Assembly: GCF_963921235.1 (NCBI RefSeq) | Contig: NC_086097.1 | Location: 167,588,001 to 167,652,000 of the forward strand | DNA: 64,000 bases | Reading direction: 5' to 3' | From: Mobula hypostoma | Lineage: Eukaryota | Shown: positions 51,314-64,000 of the stretch, piece after piece | Position numbering within the stretch: the first letter of the stretch is position 1 | Layout of the letters: each line of letters opens with the position of its first letter | Notes under the pieces: generated by a model | Told to the model about the DNA's origin: nothing | The model's database searches: none | What the model saw: only the letters and a program-made list of their open reading frames with translations | Made by a program: the position numbers and the translations under genes

Positions 51314-51995
51314 TTAAAAGGAAATGGAGCCTGTTTTAGCATGTGTGGCTGAACTGAAGTTGTCTCAGCATTGTCAGTTCAGTAAAGGGGATAATAACGC
51401 ACTGAGATGTTGTTTAGTTTGTGGAATCTTAGAAGAAAACATTCAAGAAGTGGCTCCTAACTGCAGCAAAAAGAGCAGATGAAATAGCTATGTCAATGGA
51501 AACAGCAGACAGAGACACCATTGAGTTGTAGTCAGGAATGAAGGTGAGCGTGAACAAAATTGCAAAGTCTAAACAGAAACCGGCCTGGCCAAACAAATTG
51601 TATTACCATTGTGGCAGGGGCTCCTATACACCAGACCCAAGCAGGTTTAAAGATGGAACTTGCAGAAAATGGCACGAAGTGGGACAAAAGCATGTCAGGC
51701 AGACCAAAATAAATGGACTATGCAGGAAAGAGAAAAAGATAAAATACCAAAAAGCCAAGTTGCACTAATCTGCATGCTGTTGATGAAAAGTCTGATAATG
51801 ATAAGAATGACACAGGACTGAGTAGCCTTAAGATTTACAGTGTGAAAACTGACAATAGACAAGCAATATGGCTCACACCAGAAGTGAGCAGTAAATTAAT
51901 TAAAATGGAATTGGCTGTTTCAGTCATTCCACAAGATGAGTATGAACAGCATTTCAAAGATACTGAACTGAAGCCTGCAGATATCCAACTAAGGA

Positions 51996-53980
51996 CTGGC
52001 CATTCCTGGATATGTACTGTCTCGCCAGCAGGACAGACCGAGCAGAGGTCTGTGGTATACAGCAGAGAGAGAGAGTTGCCCTGGCAACTCTCAACATTGA
52101 CTCTGGACCTCATAAAGTCTCATGGCACCAGGTGAAACATGGGCAAGAAAGCCTCCTGCTGATTACCACGTACTGTCCTCCCTCAATTGCTGAATCAGTA
52201 CTTCATGTTGAGCAGCACTTGGAGGAGATATTGAGAAGGCAAGGGCACAGAATGTACTCTGGGTGGGGGACTTCAATGTCCATCACCAGGAGTGGCTCAG
52301 TGGTACCACCACAGACTGAGCTAGTCTGGTCCTACTGGACATAGCTACTAGACTGGGACTACAGCAGGTGGTGTGGAAACCAACAAGGGGGAAAAATACA
52401 CTTGACCTCATTCTCACCAACCTGCCTGCCACGGAAGCATCTGTCCATGACAGCACTGGTAGAAGTGACCACCACACAGAATTTGTGGAGACTAAATCCC
52501 AGCTCCACATTGAAGAGACCATGTTGTGTGGCACTACCACCATGCTAAATGGGATAGGCTTTGAACAGATCTAGCAGCCGAAGACTGGGCATCTATGAGG
52601 TGCTGTGGGCCATCAGCAACAGCAGAATTGTACTCAACTATAATCTGTAACCTCATGGCCCAGCGTATTCCCCACTCTAACATTACCACCAGGCCAATGG
52701 TTCAACTCTGGTTCAATGAAGAGTGCAGGAGGGCACACTGAGGGCAACACCAGGCATGCCTCAATATGAGGTGTCACCCTGGTGAAGCCACAATACAGGA
52801 CTACTAGCATGCCAAACACCATAAGCAGCAAGTAATAGAGCTAAGGGGTCCCACAACCAACAGATCAGATCCAAACTCTGTAATCCTGCCACATCCAGCC
52901 ATGAATGGTGTTGGACAATCAATTAACTCTCTGGATGAGGAGGCTCCACAAATACCCCCATCCTCAATGATAGAGAAGCCCAGCAAACCTGTGCAAAAGA
53001 CAAGGCTGAGGCATTTGCAACAATCTTCAGTCAGAAGTGCTGAGTAGATGATCCAGCTCGGCCTCCTCCAGAAGTCCCCAGCTTCCCAGATGTCAGTATG
53101 CAGACAATCCGATTCACTCCACGTGATATCAAGAAACAGCTGAAAGCACTGGATACTGCAAAGGCTATGGGCCCAAACAAAATCCCAGTAGTAGTTCTGA
53201 AAACATGTGCTCCAGAACTTGCCAAACCACTAGCCAAGCCTTTTCAGTACAACTACAACACCGGCATCTACCTGGCAATGTGGAAAATTACCCAGGTATG
53301 TCCTGTACACAAGAAACAGGATGTCCAACACAGCCAATTACCACCCTATCAGCCTATTCTCAATCATCGGCAAAGTCATGGAAGGGGTCATAACAGTGCT
53401 ATCATGCAACACCTGCTCAACAATAACCTGCTTACGGATGCCCAGTTCGGGTTCCATCAAGGCCACTCAGCTCCTGGCCTCATCACCTCCTTGGTCTAAA
53501 CATGGACCAAAGATCTAAATACCAGAGGTGAGATGAGAGTGACAGCCCTCGACATCAAGGCAGCATTTGACCAAGTATGGCATCGGGGTGCCCTAGCTAA
53601 AAGGGAATTAGGGGGAAAACGCTCCACTGGTTGCAATCAGACCTAACACAAAGGAAGACGGTTGTGGTGGTTGGAAAGTCAATCATCTCATCCTCAGGAC
53701 ATCACTGCAGGAGTTCCTCAGGGAAGTGTCCTAGGACCGCCCCCCCCCCCCAATCTTCAGCTGTTTCGTCAATGATTTTCCTTCTGTCATAAGGTCAGAA
53801 GCGGGGATGTTCACAGATGACTGTACAATGTTCACTATGTGAGGAGTCATGGAGTACCGTCTACACACAGTGTCTACGATCTACAAGATGCACTGCAACA
53901 ACACACCAAAGTTCCTAAAGCAGCAGCTTCCAGAACCACAACCACTCCCATCTAGAAGGACAAGAACAGCAGCTGCCTGT
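51996..53980 (+). mobile_element. CR1-clade/jockey-like LINE with degenerate endonuclease and RT
   Basis: PTRGKNTLDLILTN, GRSDHH, KAMGPNKIPVVVLKTCAPELAKPL, NYHPISLFSII, LDIKAAFDQVWH, GVPQGSVLGP. Confidence 0.88.
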
Positions 53981-54236
53981 AAGGTTATTGCATGAACTTC
54001 AAGTGGGAGACAAAATGCTGTTTTTAAAAGTAAATGTACTTAACATCTCCCAGGTGGATTAATGGAAGGCCAAAAAGAAAGGAGTCAATGGAGATACAAA
54101 AAGAGCGAACTCATCAGATGATGTTGTGGATGAGGAAACCAAGAGGAGAGATCAGATTATAAAGGGGGCAATAGAAGGATTAATAAGAGAATACTCCATG
54201 AACTAAATCCCAAGCTCAAGGAAAGAGAAGAAAGGT

Positions 54237-55130
54237 AAACACAAAGTCTGCAGGTGCTGCAAAACCAAAGCAACACACACAAAATGCTGGAAGAATTCAG
54301 TAGGTCAGGCAGTATCTATGGAAATGAATAAACAGTCAACGTTTCAGGCCACGACCCTTCTTCAGGTTTGAAATGAAAGGGGAAAGGTGACAGAATAAAA
54401 AGGTGGGGAAAGGGAAGGAGGACTAGCTAGAGGGTGATGGATGAAACCAGGTGGGTTCAGAAGATAAAGGGGTGGAGAAAAAGGAATCTGAGAGGAGAGT
54501 GGACCATAAGAGAAAGGGAAGGAGGAGGGGACCCAGGAGTGATTAGCCAGTGAGAAGAGGTAAAAGGTCAGAGTGGGAAATAGATGAGGGGAGGGGTGGG
54601 GGAGGGAAAAGTAAAATTTTATCGGAAGGAGAAATCAATATTCATGCAATTAGGTTGGAGACTACCGAGATAGAATATAAGGTGTTGCTCCTCCACCCTG
54701 AGCGTGGCCTCATCTTGGCAGAGAGGACCGACGTCAGAATGGGAATCAGAATTAAAAAGTTTGGTCACCGGGAAGTTCCGCTTTTGGTAGATAGAGCGGA
54801 GGTGCTTGAGAAATCGGTCCCCCAATTTACAATAGGTCTCACCAGTGTAATGGAGGCCACAGCGGGAGCGCCGGATACAACAGACGACCCAAGCAGATTC
54901 TCAGGTGAAGTGTTGCCTCACCTGGAAGGACTGCTTGGGGCTCTGAATGGAGGTGAGGGAGGAGGTGAACTGGTTGGTGTAACACTTGGGCCTCTTGCAG
55001 GAGCATTAGTGGGAGGGGTGAATGGATATGGGAACTGCAGAGGGAGAAATCCCTACAGAAAGCAGTGGGGGCAAGGGGAGGAGGTAACGATATGTTTAGT
55101 GGTGGGATCCCTTTGGAGATGGCAGAAGTC
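54237..55130 (-). mobile_element. Penelope-like element 3' part (second subfamily) with a hammerhead variant at 54334-54366
   Basis: Minus ORF GDRFLKHLRSI...DEATLRVEEQHLIFYLGSLQPNCMNIDFS; hammerhead CUGAAGA AGGGUCGUGGCCU GAAAC GUU GACU. Confidence 0.85.
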
Positions 55131-57789
55131 TAGAGCTGTCAGAACCACTCCCTGCATTCTCAAAGTCAACTCCTGCAACCATCACAATGGGAGCTTCAGA
55201 ACCTGAGACTGTTTTCACAGCAGAAAGTCTCACCTGCCAAGCAGAGTGACCTGCCCTGTCAGGCAAGATGTTGTCCCACAAGAGGTTTGATTATGCATTC
55301 TTGTTTGCTTAAATAATTCATCTTGAGTTGCATGATTTAAAAAAAAAAGTCAATTGCATACATCATGATGCTACCACAGGATAGATGTGTCCCTCGCTAA
55401 ACGTAAAAACGAATGTACACAAATTATCTCCCGGCTTCCTTATTTCCCTTGTAATTAGTTTTCATGTTTTGGAGTTACAAATCATAACAAGGAGAAGAAA
55501 AGGGACGAGAGGGTAACCAGAGTTAGGAATGGAAAAAAGAGAGAAGGGGTGAGGGGAAAGAAGTTACCAGATTGGAAAAGTCAATGTTCTTGCCAACAGG
55601 CTCATGACCAAATGGATGAAGTAACACTTCCTTTTAACTTTAATGCTTTAAGATGATCCCTCTGTGTTTTCTCTCCCTGAGCATGAAAACACTGGGCCAC
55701 ATCCATAACATCCACCCCCACCTAGTCATCTCAACAGGATCAAAGCCAGCCTTGTGTTCTGCATGCCTTGCATTTGCCTGTCACACAGCTCTCCGTTCAG
55801 CTCTTGAGTTTTGGGAATGTAAATTGCCACACAGACTACAGTGAGGACATGCACACAGTCTAATCACCCATTTCTACTCCGTTTTGGAAAGCACAAGTCA
55901 AAAATCACACAGGACGGGGCAGTTGAATCAATAATATTTCCACCATAAATGACTGCTTTAACTTGCCATTGAATATGGTAGATTGTGGCCTACCCTGTCT
56001 GGATTTGACTGCAGCAATAAAGGGAGCTGGTGATGCGTCAGTGCTGAATTGAGAATAGGGCATCAGACACCAAGGCTTGAGATGGAAAGAAACAGATGAA
56101 TTTTTAATGGCCCGATTATATTTTGCAGCTCCATTTCTGCTTGAGGTGAGGCTTTGATCAATCAGGAAAGCTCCTTGCCCACTTTCCTTCTCTTCTAATG
56201 GCACTGCTGCTGCCCAAACTATTTTGTGGTAAGATTTTGAAGTGACACCTCAGTCATTTCTGGTGAGTCTCTCCTCTCTGTTCCACCAACAATGGAACCC
56301 CAGGCTGCCAGCTTTTTTTAAAATCATAATTCAGGCTCTCAGTTCCCCCTCTCTTTAGCTATGCGTGCTATTTTTAATTATGTTCAAAGTAAATTTGTTA
56401 TCAAACTACATGTGTATGTGTCACCATATACAGCCCGGAGATTCACTTTCTTGCAGGCATACTCAATAAATCCAATAACCATAATAGAATCGATGAAAGA
56501 CCACAACAACAGAGTGGCTAACCAGTTTGCAAAAGGCAACAAACTTTGCAAATACAAAACAAAAAGAATAAGTCAATAAGCAATAAATATCGAGAACATG
56601 AGATGAAAAGTCCTTGAAAGTGAGTCTATAGGTCCCCCTTCCTCTGCCACACCTTCCCTTTTCTTCCCCCCCCCCACACCTGCCCTACATACTCCTATCA
56701 CAGTGTGCCTCCCTACTCTCCAGGGTAGGGTGTGGTTTGTTTCCTTCCTCCACTAGAGTAGACCTATTCTATCTTTCCCTAACTAAGCCCTGTATTCACT
56801 GAGGTGTTCCATTCCTTTCCAAGAAGCCAGACTACCTCCTGACCTCAATAGCACTCAAACAGCACACTTAATCTTGACTGCTGTGTGCTCCACCACAAGG
56901 GATGAACTATTTAATAAGAAAACTTGTGCTGCCTTAATGAACTCCTGGTGTCAGCAGGTCTACACCGTAGCCTCCATTGCTGTGGCACAGCCAAGTTGAC
57001 TGAGGAATTAATTTAAATGCCACCTAGTGTGGCTGTCAGTAGAGCAGGTTTTTCTCTGCCCGTAGCTGCACAACCATTCCCTCAAAATGGCTGCACACAT
57101 CCCAATGCCAATCGTAACCCACGCAAGATCTTCCCTAACTGTGCATTTTGCTTTGTGAAATTACACGACTGAGCTGAAAGTTTGAATTTGCTTTTGGCTC
57201 CATGGAATTGAGCACAGTACAGCATAGGAGTAGGTCTTTCAGCCCACCCAACACCAAGTTAAATTCCATCTCTTCTGCCAGTACATGATCCAAATCCATC
57301 CATTCCCTGCACATTATTTTCTCTATCTAACAGCCACCCAAGCACCACAATTGTAACTGCTTCCACCAGTAAATAAGACTGTGGCAACTGTAGAAGGGTC
57401 TCCATGTTGTCTACCAATATCACCCTATGGCAACAGCCCATTTCAGGCATCCACCACTCTCTGTGTAAGGAGAAAACAACTTGGCCTACACATCCCTCAA
57501 ACTTTCTCTCTCCCATCTTAAATGCATATCCTCCAGTACTTGACATTCCTACTGTGGGAGAAAGGTTCTTTTTCAGCTGTAATTTCTGTAAATAACTTTG
57601 AAAGTACCAAAGCCATTGGCTGGGATTTGTCTTCTTGAGGTGTGTTATTATAAAATCATGAGGTGCGTTGCAAATTTGTGGATCGTGCCAATTTGCTTTA
57701 AGAAGTGCCTGTGTACAAATCTGCTCTTACTAGTAAGTGCACAATGGTGCTGGTGATGTAATGATTAATGGGTCACACATTTAAGCTCA

Positions 57790-58815
57790 AAACTATCTCG
57801 TTACAGGCCATTACAGAGACTTGGATGGCTCAAGGGCAGGAATGGTTACTTCAAGTGCCAGGCTTTAGATGTTTCAGAAAGGACAGGGAGGGAGGCAAAA
57901 AAAAGGTGGGGGGTGTGGCACTGTTGATCAGAGATAGTGTCACGGCCGTAGAAAAGGGAGAAGACATGGAGGGATTGTCTACGTAGTCTCTGTGGGCGGC
58001 AGTTAGGTACAGGAAGGGGTCAATTACTCTACTGGGTGTTTTTTTTTTAATAGACCACTCATAGGAACAGGGACATCGAGGAGCAGACAGGGAGGCAGAT
58101 TCTGGAAAGATGTAATAATAACAGAGTTGTTGTGGTGGGAGATTTTAATTTCCCAAATATCGATTGGCATGTCCCTAGAGCGATAGTTTAGATGGGGTGG
58201 AGTTTGTTAGGTGTGTTCAAGAAGGTTTCTTGACAATATGTAGATAAACCTACAAGAGGAGAGGCTGCACTTGATCTGGTATTTTGAAATGAACCCGGTC
58301 AGGTGTCAGATCTCTCAGTGGGAGAGCATTTTGGAGACAGTGATCAGAGCTCTATCTCCTTTACCACAGCATTGGAGAGAGATAAGAACAGACAAGTTAA
58401 GAAAGTGTTTAATTGGAGTAAGGGGAAATATGAGGCTATCAGGTAGGAACTTGGAAGCATAAATTGGAAACAGATGTTCTCAGTGATCGTAAAATAGGCA
58501 TACAAGATGAACAAATATGGTGAATTATGGGCATTGATACGGTGAAAACACATAAATAATTTTCCCAAGGCGAAAGTGCTAAAAATGAAAGGTTTAAGAT
58601 CTGATCTAAGCGATCGGGGCAGCTTCTTCGTGCAAAGAATGGTGCGTATTGTGAGTGAGCTGCCATAAATAGTAGTTGAGAAAGGCACAGTAGCAAGTTT
58701 TAAAAGCCATCAAGATAGGTATATGAATAGAAGAGGTTTAGAGTGGTGTGGGCAGATGGAATCAGCTGACTGGGCAACACGGTTGGGCTGAAGTTCCTGT
58801 TTCCATGTTGTGTGA
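57790..58815 (+). mobile_element. CR1 endonuclease fragment joined to a CR1 3' end
   Basis: AITETW...VPGFRCFRKDR...GGVALLI, VVVGDFNFP. Confidence 0.8.
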
Positions 58816-58824
58816 CTAATTCTA

Positions 58825-59425
58825 TCTGGATGCAGAGGAGCTGGGTATGGCAGCTCTCTGCCCGGGACTGTAAGAAACTGCAGAGAGTTGTGGACATGGT
58901 TCAGAACATCATGGAAACCAAGCTTCCCCTCTTCTCTCCTCCCCCCCCCCCCCCCCCAGCCATCAGCTCTGTCTGTACTTCTCACAGCCTTGGAAATGCA
59001 GTCAACATAATCAAAGACGTTCACCTTCCACCACAGACATTCTTTCATCTTTCCCCCTCTCCCACTGGGCAGAAGATATCAAGAGCTGAAAGCACATACT
59101 ACCAGCCTCAAGGATGGCTTTTATACCACTGTTAAAAGTCTACTGAACAGACCACTTTTATCCTAAGATGAACTTGTATATCTCCTCGTGGCTTAGTACC
59201 TTATTACCTGCCTGCACTGCCCTTTCTCTGTAATTGTAAAACTTTATAATCGATACCTGTACTCAGCTGGATGCCCGAGAAGAGTTCATTTGTTTATTTG
59301 CATTGTAATTATTTTCACTTGTGCAACCTCAGTACACTGATGTGATGACATGATCTGTATGGATGGCATAGAAAACAGAAGTTTGTCATTGTTGCTCAGT
59401 ATATGTGACAATAATAAACCAATTT
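58825..59425 (+). mobile_element. Rex1/Babar-type LINE 3' fragment
   Basis: SARDCKKLQRVVDMVQNIM...NIIKD and a 3' UTR ending AATAAACCAATTTACC. Confidence 0.7.
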
Positions 59426-59979
59426 ACCTCCTCCCCTTAATCTTTACAGATATCATAGTTGTTACTGTCCATCATCTACTGTCTGTGTGAATAATTATAC
59501 CCCTTACTGCAATTCCTGCTGACGACAAAGTGGGACCCACCATTCTCCCCTTCCTCTTCTGGAGCAAATAAAATCCTTCTAGCTGTAGAAATTGTCTTGA
59601 GTGTGAATCTTCGAGCAGCTCTAATCAGGCAGGAGGTACAGAAGCCTGAAGTTCCACACCAGGTTCAAGAGCATGGTTTTTCTCTTCAGTCATTCAGTTC
59701 TTGAACCAACTGGCACAACCTAACCACTACTTTATTATAGCAACATTATCACCCCTTTGCACGAGAAATGGACTGTGGATATTTTTTCTGTTCTAATTTT
59801 CTCTTTCTTGTATAATATGTCTTGTATCTTTTTTGTTCAAGTCTTCCTCAATCCAGATTTTGACTTTGAGGAAGACTTCAGAGACTTTCTTGGCAACTAT
59901 TCTGTTCCTGACGCGAATGCCCTTGCTTCCATCACACAGCAGCATGCTCAGTCCAGGCTTTCCCTGCTCCTGACTCATA

Positions 59980-60210
59980 GGGACAAAGAACAGTGAGAAA
60001 TTTGTAATGAAAACTGGGGCAGAAAATTTCCAGCTTGAAGTTCTGAAGCTTGGCGATGAAGAGCTTCAGTCACCAATCCACAATTTTACTGTCCACATCA
60101 GGGAAGGAGAAGTATATACTGGGACCTAAATGTTATCATTGTGATTAACTGCATGGAGGAGGATAAATCCACTGTGGAAACTACAGAGAGGTCTCTCTGT
60201 TGTCAACTAA
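59980..60210 (+). mobile_element. Old RTE-like RT fragment
   Basis: GGAAACTACAGAGAGGTCTCTCTGTTGTCA translates to GNYREVSLLS, the RT-upstream NYRxISLL motif. Confidence 0.4.
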
Positions 60211-63200
60211 GAGAAGGTAATCACCAGATAGCTGGGTGACCACACTGTACTCCAAGTGTGGTCTTGCCAAAAACTTGTGCAGTGATAACATGAATCCCCA
60301 GCTCTTGCACTCAGTGCCCTGACTGACGAAAGCAAGCCTTTCATCCGGAAGATGCACGGCCTGAATAACTGGCAAAAGGAAAATGCCATATCTTCCCACT
60401 ATCCAAAGGCCAATCCTATCAAACACCTCTTGCCCCCATCTCATATGAATGCATCCTATGTTAGCCGTGGGGGCCACCTCAGAGCCCAGAAACTTGGGTT
60501 GGAGGCAAGTTATCCTAGATTCTGAGGGACTACTAAAGAAAAAATAGGAAGTGTTTCCTTGATTGCTTCCCATATCAATGGCAGAGCTAAATCAACACTC
60601 AGACATGTCACTTGAGGTGGTAAAGGAAGAGCCAGTCCTCTAACCTAGCACTTGAATAAACTTGCGTGATGTCACTCATTTCTGGGAGTTCTCTGTTGTC
60701 TGGGCTGAACTCCAAAGGCATGACAGATTGTGTTCTGAGTCTACATTGGTACTGCAACTATGGAAAAGTTTGTAGAAAATATGAGCCAAGTCTTGTGTCT
60801 CAACCGACTGGCATCTTTTATTAACGAGAGAACTGCACTGATTTAATGCAGAAATCATTTTGCTTTTGGTATCTCATGAAAAGGGATCGGAGGTGCAGGA
60901 AATGTTGAATCTAGACTAATAACAAAGTCATACTGCAACTTCCCAAGAAGCAAAAAAAATTTGAAACAAAAGTTTTGAAATCTTGCGGTGTTTGATTGCA
61001 CATAATTAGAATGGAACTTGTATTACGCTGTGAAAAGCTGTAACAAACAGGCATGTGGTTTTTAGTCAGTGTGGACTTCCTGCATCTTAAACGCGTATCA
61101 TTGTTTAAATACAAGGTCAGGACAAAGCTCTTCTCACCCTAGTGCAATTGAAGTTTCCAAAGTAAGTCAGTTATAGAAAGTGGGAAAGCTTTCAGTGCAC
61201 TGTGAAACCTCAATGATCTGCTAAACATTTAGTTCAGAAACACTGGGATTTGGCATTTGGGTCATTGAGTCCTGGTTCCCACACTCCCTCCAACGCACCA
61301 TGCTCCCTTTAAATTCTAGATGAGTCCAGCTAAAGTGTAGCAAGCTGAAATGTAGACTATTTCCCTCTACCGATGCTGCCTGACCTGATGATTTCCTTCA
61401 GTACTTTGTGTTGCCTCAGATTCCAGCATCTCTTGTGTCTATTTTGAAACTTGCTGAGTTTATTCAAATTGAGTAAACATTTCTTTAAGTTTTCCTATCT
61501 AAGTAGTAAGTAAAAACTATGGTTTGAGTATTAATTGAAATAATATCCGATGGAAAATCTCTTGGTCCAGCAGCACCAAACTCCCTACTGTTCTAGATTA
61601 TCAGAGCTTTGCTCTTCTTGGCCTTTTAGGTCAATTGGGCTACTCTTGAGCTGTAGAGAAATTGGCAAACTGCTCTACTAACCTGTTATCATTTCAAGGT
61701 GCACTGTCCCAATTAACTGGATGTAATATTCTTAAAGTAATTTTTGATGAATTTCGTTTAGGTTATATTTGGATTTCTATTGTGTTCAAGTTCTAAGTTT
61801 GAACTTTGATATAAACAGTTACTGAGGTTTACCCACATACATTATTTTCCCGATGAAGAGTATTAACTCTTCTGCATTTCCTGTTACCAGCCCTTTTAAA
61901 AATAATGATATTTTATGTTCAAAATCTTTTGCATGAAAGTGAGAAACAACAAAGGACATTGAGTTTACTAGGCATTGTGAAACTTTCTCCAATGAATGCA
62001 CGTTAGCACTTGCACTCATTCTGATTATATTGCAAAAGTTCTGCAAAACTAATGATACTCCATCAACTATATTAAAACATTGCTGCAAAGTTAGGCCTTT
62101 CCGTGCTGAGCTGACAATTTTGAACTTTTCCTATTTTTCAGTAATGTCAGTCATAAGGATTAGACATCACTTGAAGGGGAAAACAATTAGTAAGTTCTTT
62201 TAACTTTTGAACAAGCATTGATCAAAGATTCTTTCTATATTACATACAATGCCAATCGTTCAAGAGTACTTTTGGTTGTAAATGGCTTTGAGGTGTCATG
62301 AAAGCTTCATTCTTTTTTTTCTTTCTGAAGTATAGTGTATGCAATGACACATCTGCACCCTCTGCAATTGAATGAAGGTCAGACTGGTGTCTGGGTTGAA
62401 CAAGTTGATGCCCTAGTGTTCTCTTCATAAGCTAAGAAATGTTTGACTTTCCTTTGCCCCCTAAAATTTACAACTTACAGCCTTGATGAGCACTTTGTGA
62501 CACTGAGGTGTTAAATGTCAGCCATAAAAACTAGCTATCCTTATTTCCTTGAGGTACTAAAGCGTACTTCATAGATACCTCCTTTATGCATGTTATAAGC
62601 AGCCGTTCCTTCACGTGGATTTGCCCAAGCTTATTCTATATATTTGTTTTGCTTCCCATTATTTTGATTCTTCCTTGCCACACAGAAGATCAATCAGCCC
62701 ATCTGGTCTATACCAACTTGCGGAACAATCCCATCTCCCTAAAACCTATCCTCCCTATAGTCTCAGCAGCTGCCCCTTCTTCTTTAAAAAATTTCCTCTC
62801 ATCTACACACTAGTGACGTTGTTTATTGACCAATTAACCTATCAGACTGCACAACTTTAGGACATGGGAGGAAATGGGAGCACCAGGAGGTTGCAGGGAG
62901 GCATGACTAGTAGAGGATCAATCCTGACTTTGGAAGCTCTCTGTGCGTGGTTTGTGTGTTCCTTCTGTGACTGCTAGAGCTTCTGGGTGCTCCAATTTCC
63001 TCCCACATCTCAAAGATGACAAGTTACGCAGGTTAATTGACTGCTGCATATTGTTACTAGTGTGTGGGTGAATGTTGATATCTGGGAATGGGGATATTAC
63101 TGGGAATAAAAGGAAAATAAAATGATTCAGATATGAATTGTATGAGGTTTTGGACCATCTGTAATTTGTGAGGGAGCTGATAGTTTTACTCAAGGAACTT

Positions 63201-63484
63201 TCCTTACACGGAGGAGTCTCCATATTGAAAACAACCTTCTGCCACAATAAAGCCACAAATAGTTGTGCAGATTATTCATCAGGTTATGCATTTTGAAAAG
63301 ATGTGCACGGAACCTAGACCATGGCATTGAAATGGACTTTTTCCACATTCTAGAAACTTCATGCTTAGACAATGAAGCCCTTAAACCAATAGTGGGAACA
63401 TCTAGGACCAGAGATCACAGCCACAGAAGATGTAGGATCGGTTCATCCCAAAGAAGAAGAAGAAGCCTTATAAAGGGAGGATGA

Positions 63485-64000
63485 GGCAATGTGGTTCACA
63501 AGGAAAATCAAAGTCAGCATAAAAGCAAAAGAGAGGGCATAAAATATAGCAAAAATTAGTGGGAAGTTAAATGATTGGGAATCTTAAAAAAAATCAACAG
63601 AAGGCAATTAAAAAAGCAATAAGGACAGAAAAGATGAAATACGAATGTTATCTAGACAATAATATAAAAGAGCATCCCAAAAGTTTATTTTCAGTTATGT
63701 GTAAGGTAAAGAGAGGGGTAGAAATGGGGAACAAAGAATTGGCAGATGAACTGAACAAGTATTTTTGTCAGTTTTCACTGTGGAAGACACCAGCAGTATG
63801 AACAAATTTGGTAATTGGGGGTAGGAGAGAGTGTTGTTGCTATTACCAATGAGAAGGTGCTTGCGAAGTTGAAAAGGTCTGAAGGTAGATAAAGAGGTGG
63901 CTAAAGAGATTGTGGAGGCATGAGTAGTGATCTTTCAAGCATCACTGGATCCTGGAATGGTTCCAAAGGACTGGTAAATTTGAGATATCACTCCAATCTT
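63485..64000 (+). mobile_element. Degenerate CR1 ORF2 fragment running off the window
   Basis: Similar to 38440-39260 (ADELNKYF..., KxLF). Confidence 0.75.

Larger units (their letters stand above)
50775..51995 (+). mobile_element. Gypsy-type LTR retrotransposon gag/protease remnant (probable 3' part and LTR at about 55135-55489)
   Basis: YTERIEQYFEANEI..KQVPVLL, NLTAPTKPAEMSF, KPLLIAKHFRF, a decayed Cys/His knuckle region, and FKDTELKPADIQLRT. Confidence 0.75.

Overview
Vertebrate genomic DNA, most likely a cartilaginous fish (a ray or skate, inferred from its repeat families). It is dominated by fragmented, nested transposable elements: CR1 and Rex1/Babar-type LINEs, Penelope-like elements (PLEs), one L1/Tx1-type LINE, a Chapaev3-like and a hAT DNA transposon, a Gypsy remnant, a solo LTR and several SINEs. 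The only recognisable host coding sequence is a CpG-rich first exon (27979-28369, +) encoding the extra-large N-terminus of a Gs-family G-alpha subunit, most likely GNAL (XL-Golf). No further exon was recognised, so the rest of the window is probably its first intron. Main signals: (1) repeated minimal type I hammerhead ribozyme motifs in the PLE 3' ends; (2) short PLE insertions that break at or inside the ribozyme, form palindromes, or are fused to captured non-PLE DNA within one target-site duplication (TSD), in one case a copy of sequence about 3.3 kb away; (3) a second reading frame open across the whole XL exon, reminiscent of ALEX in GNAS. All calls were made by eye; the boundaries of old repeats are approximate.
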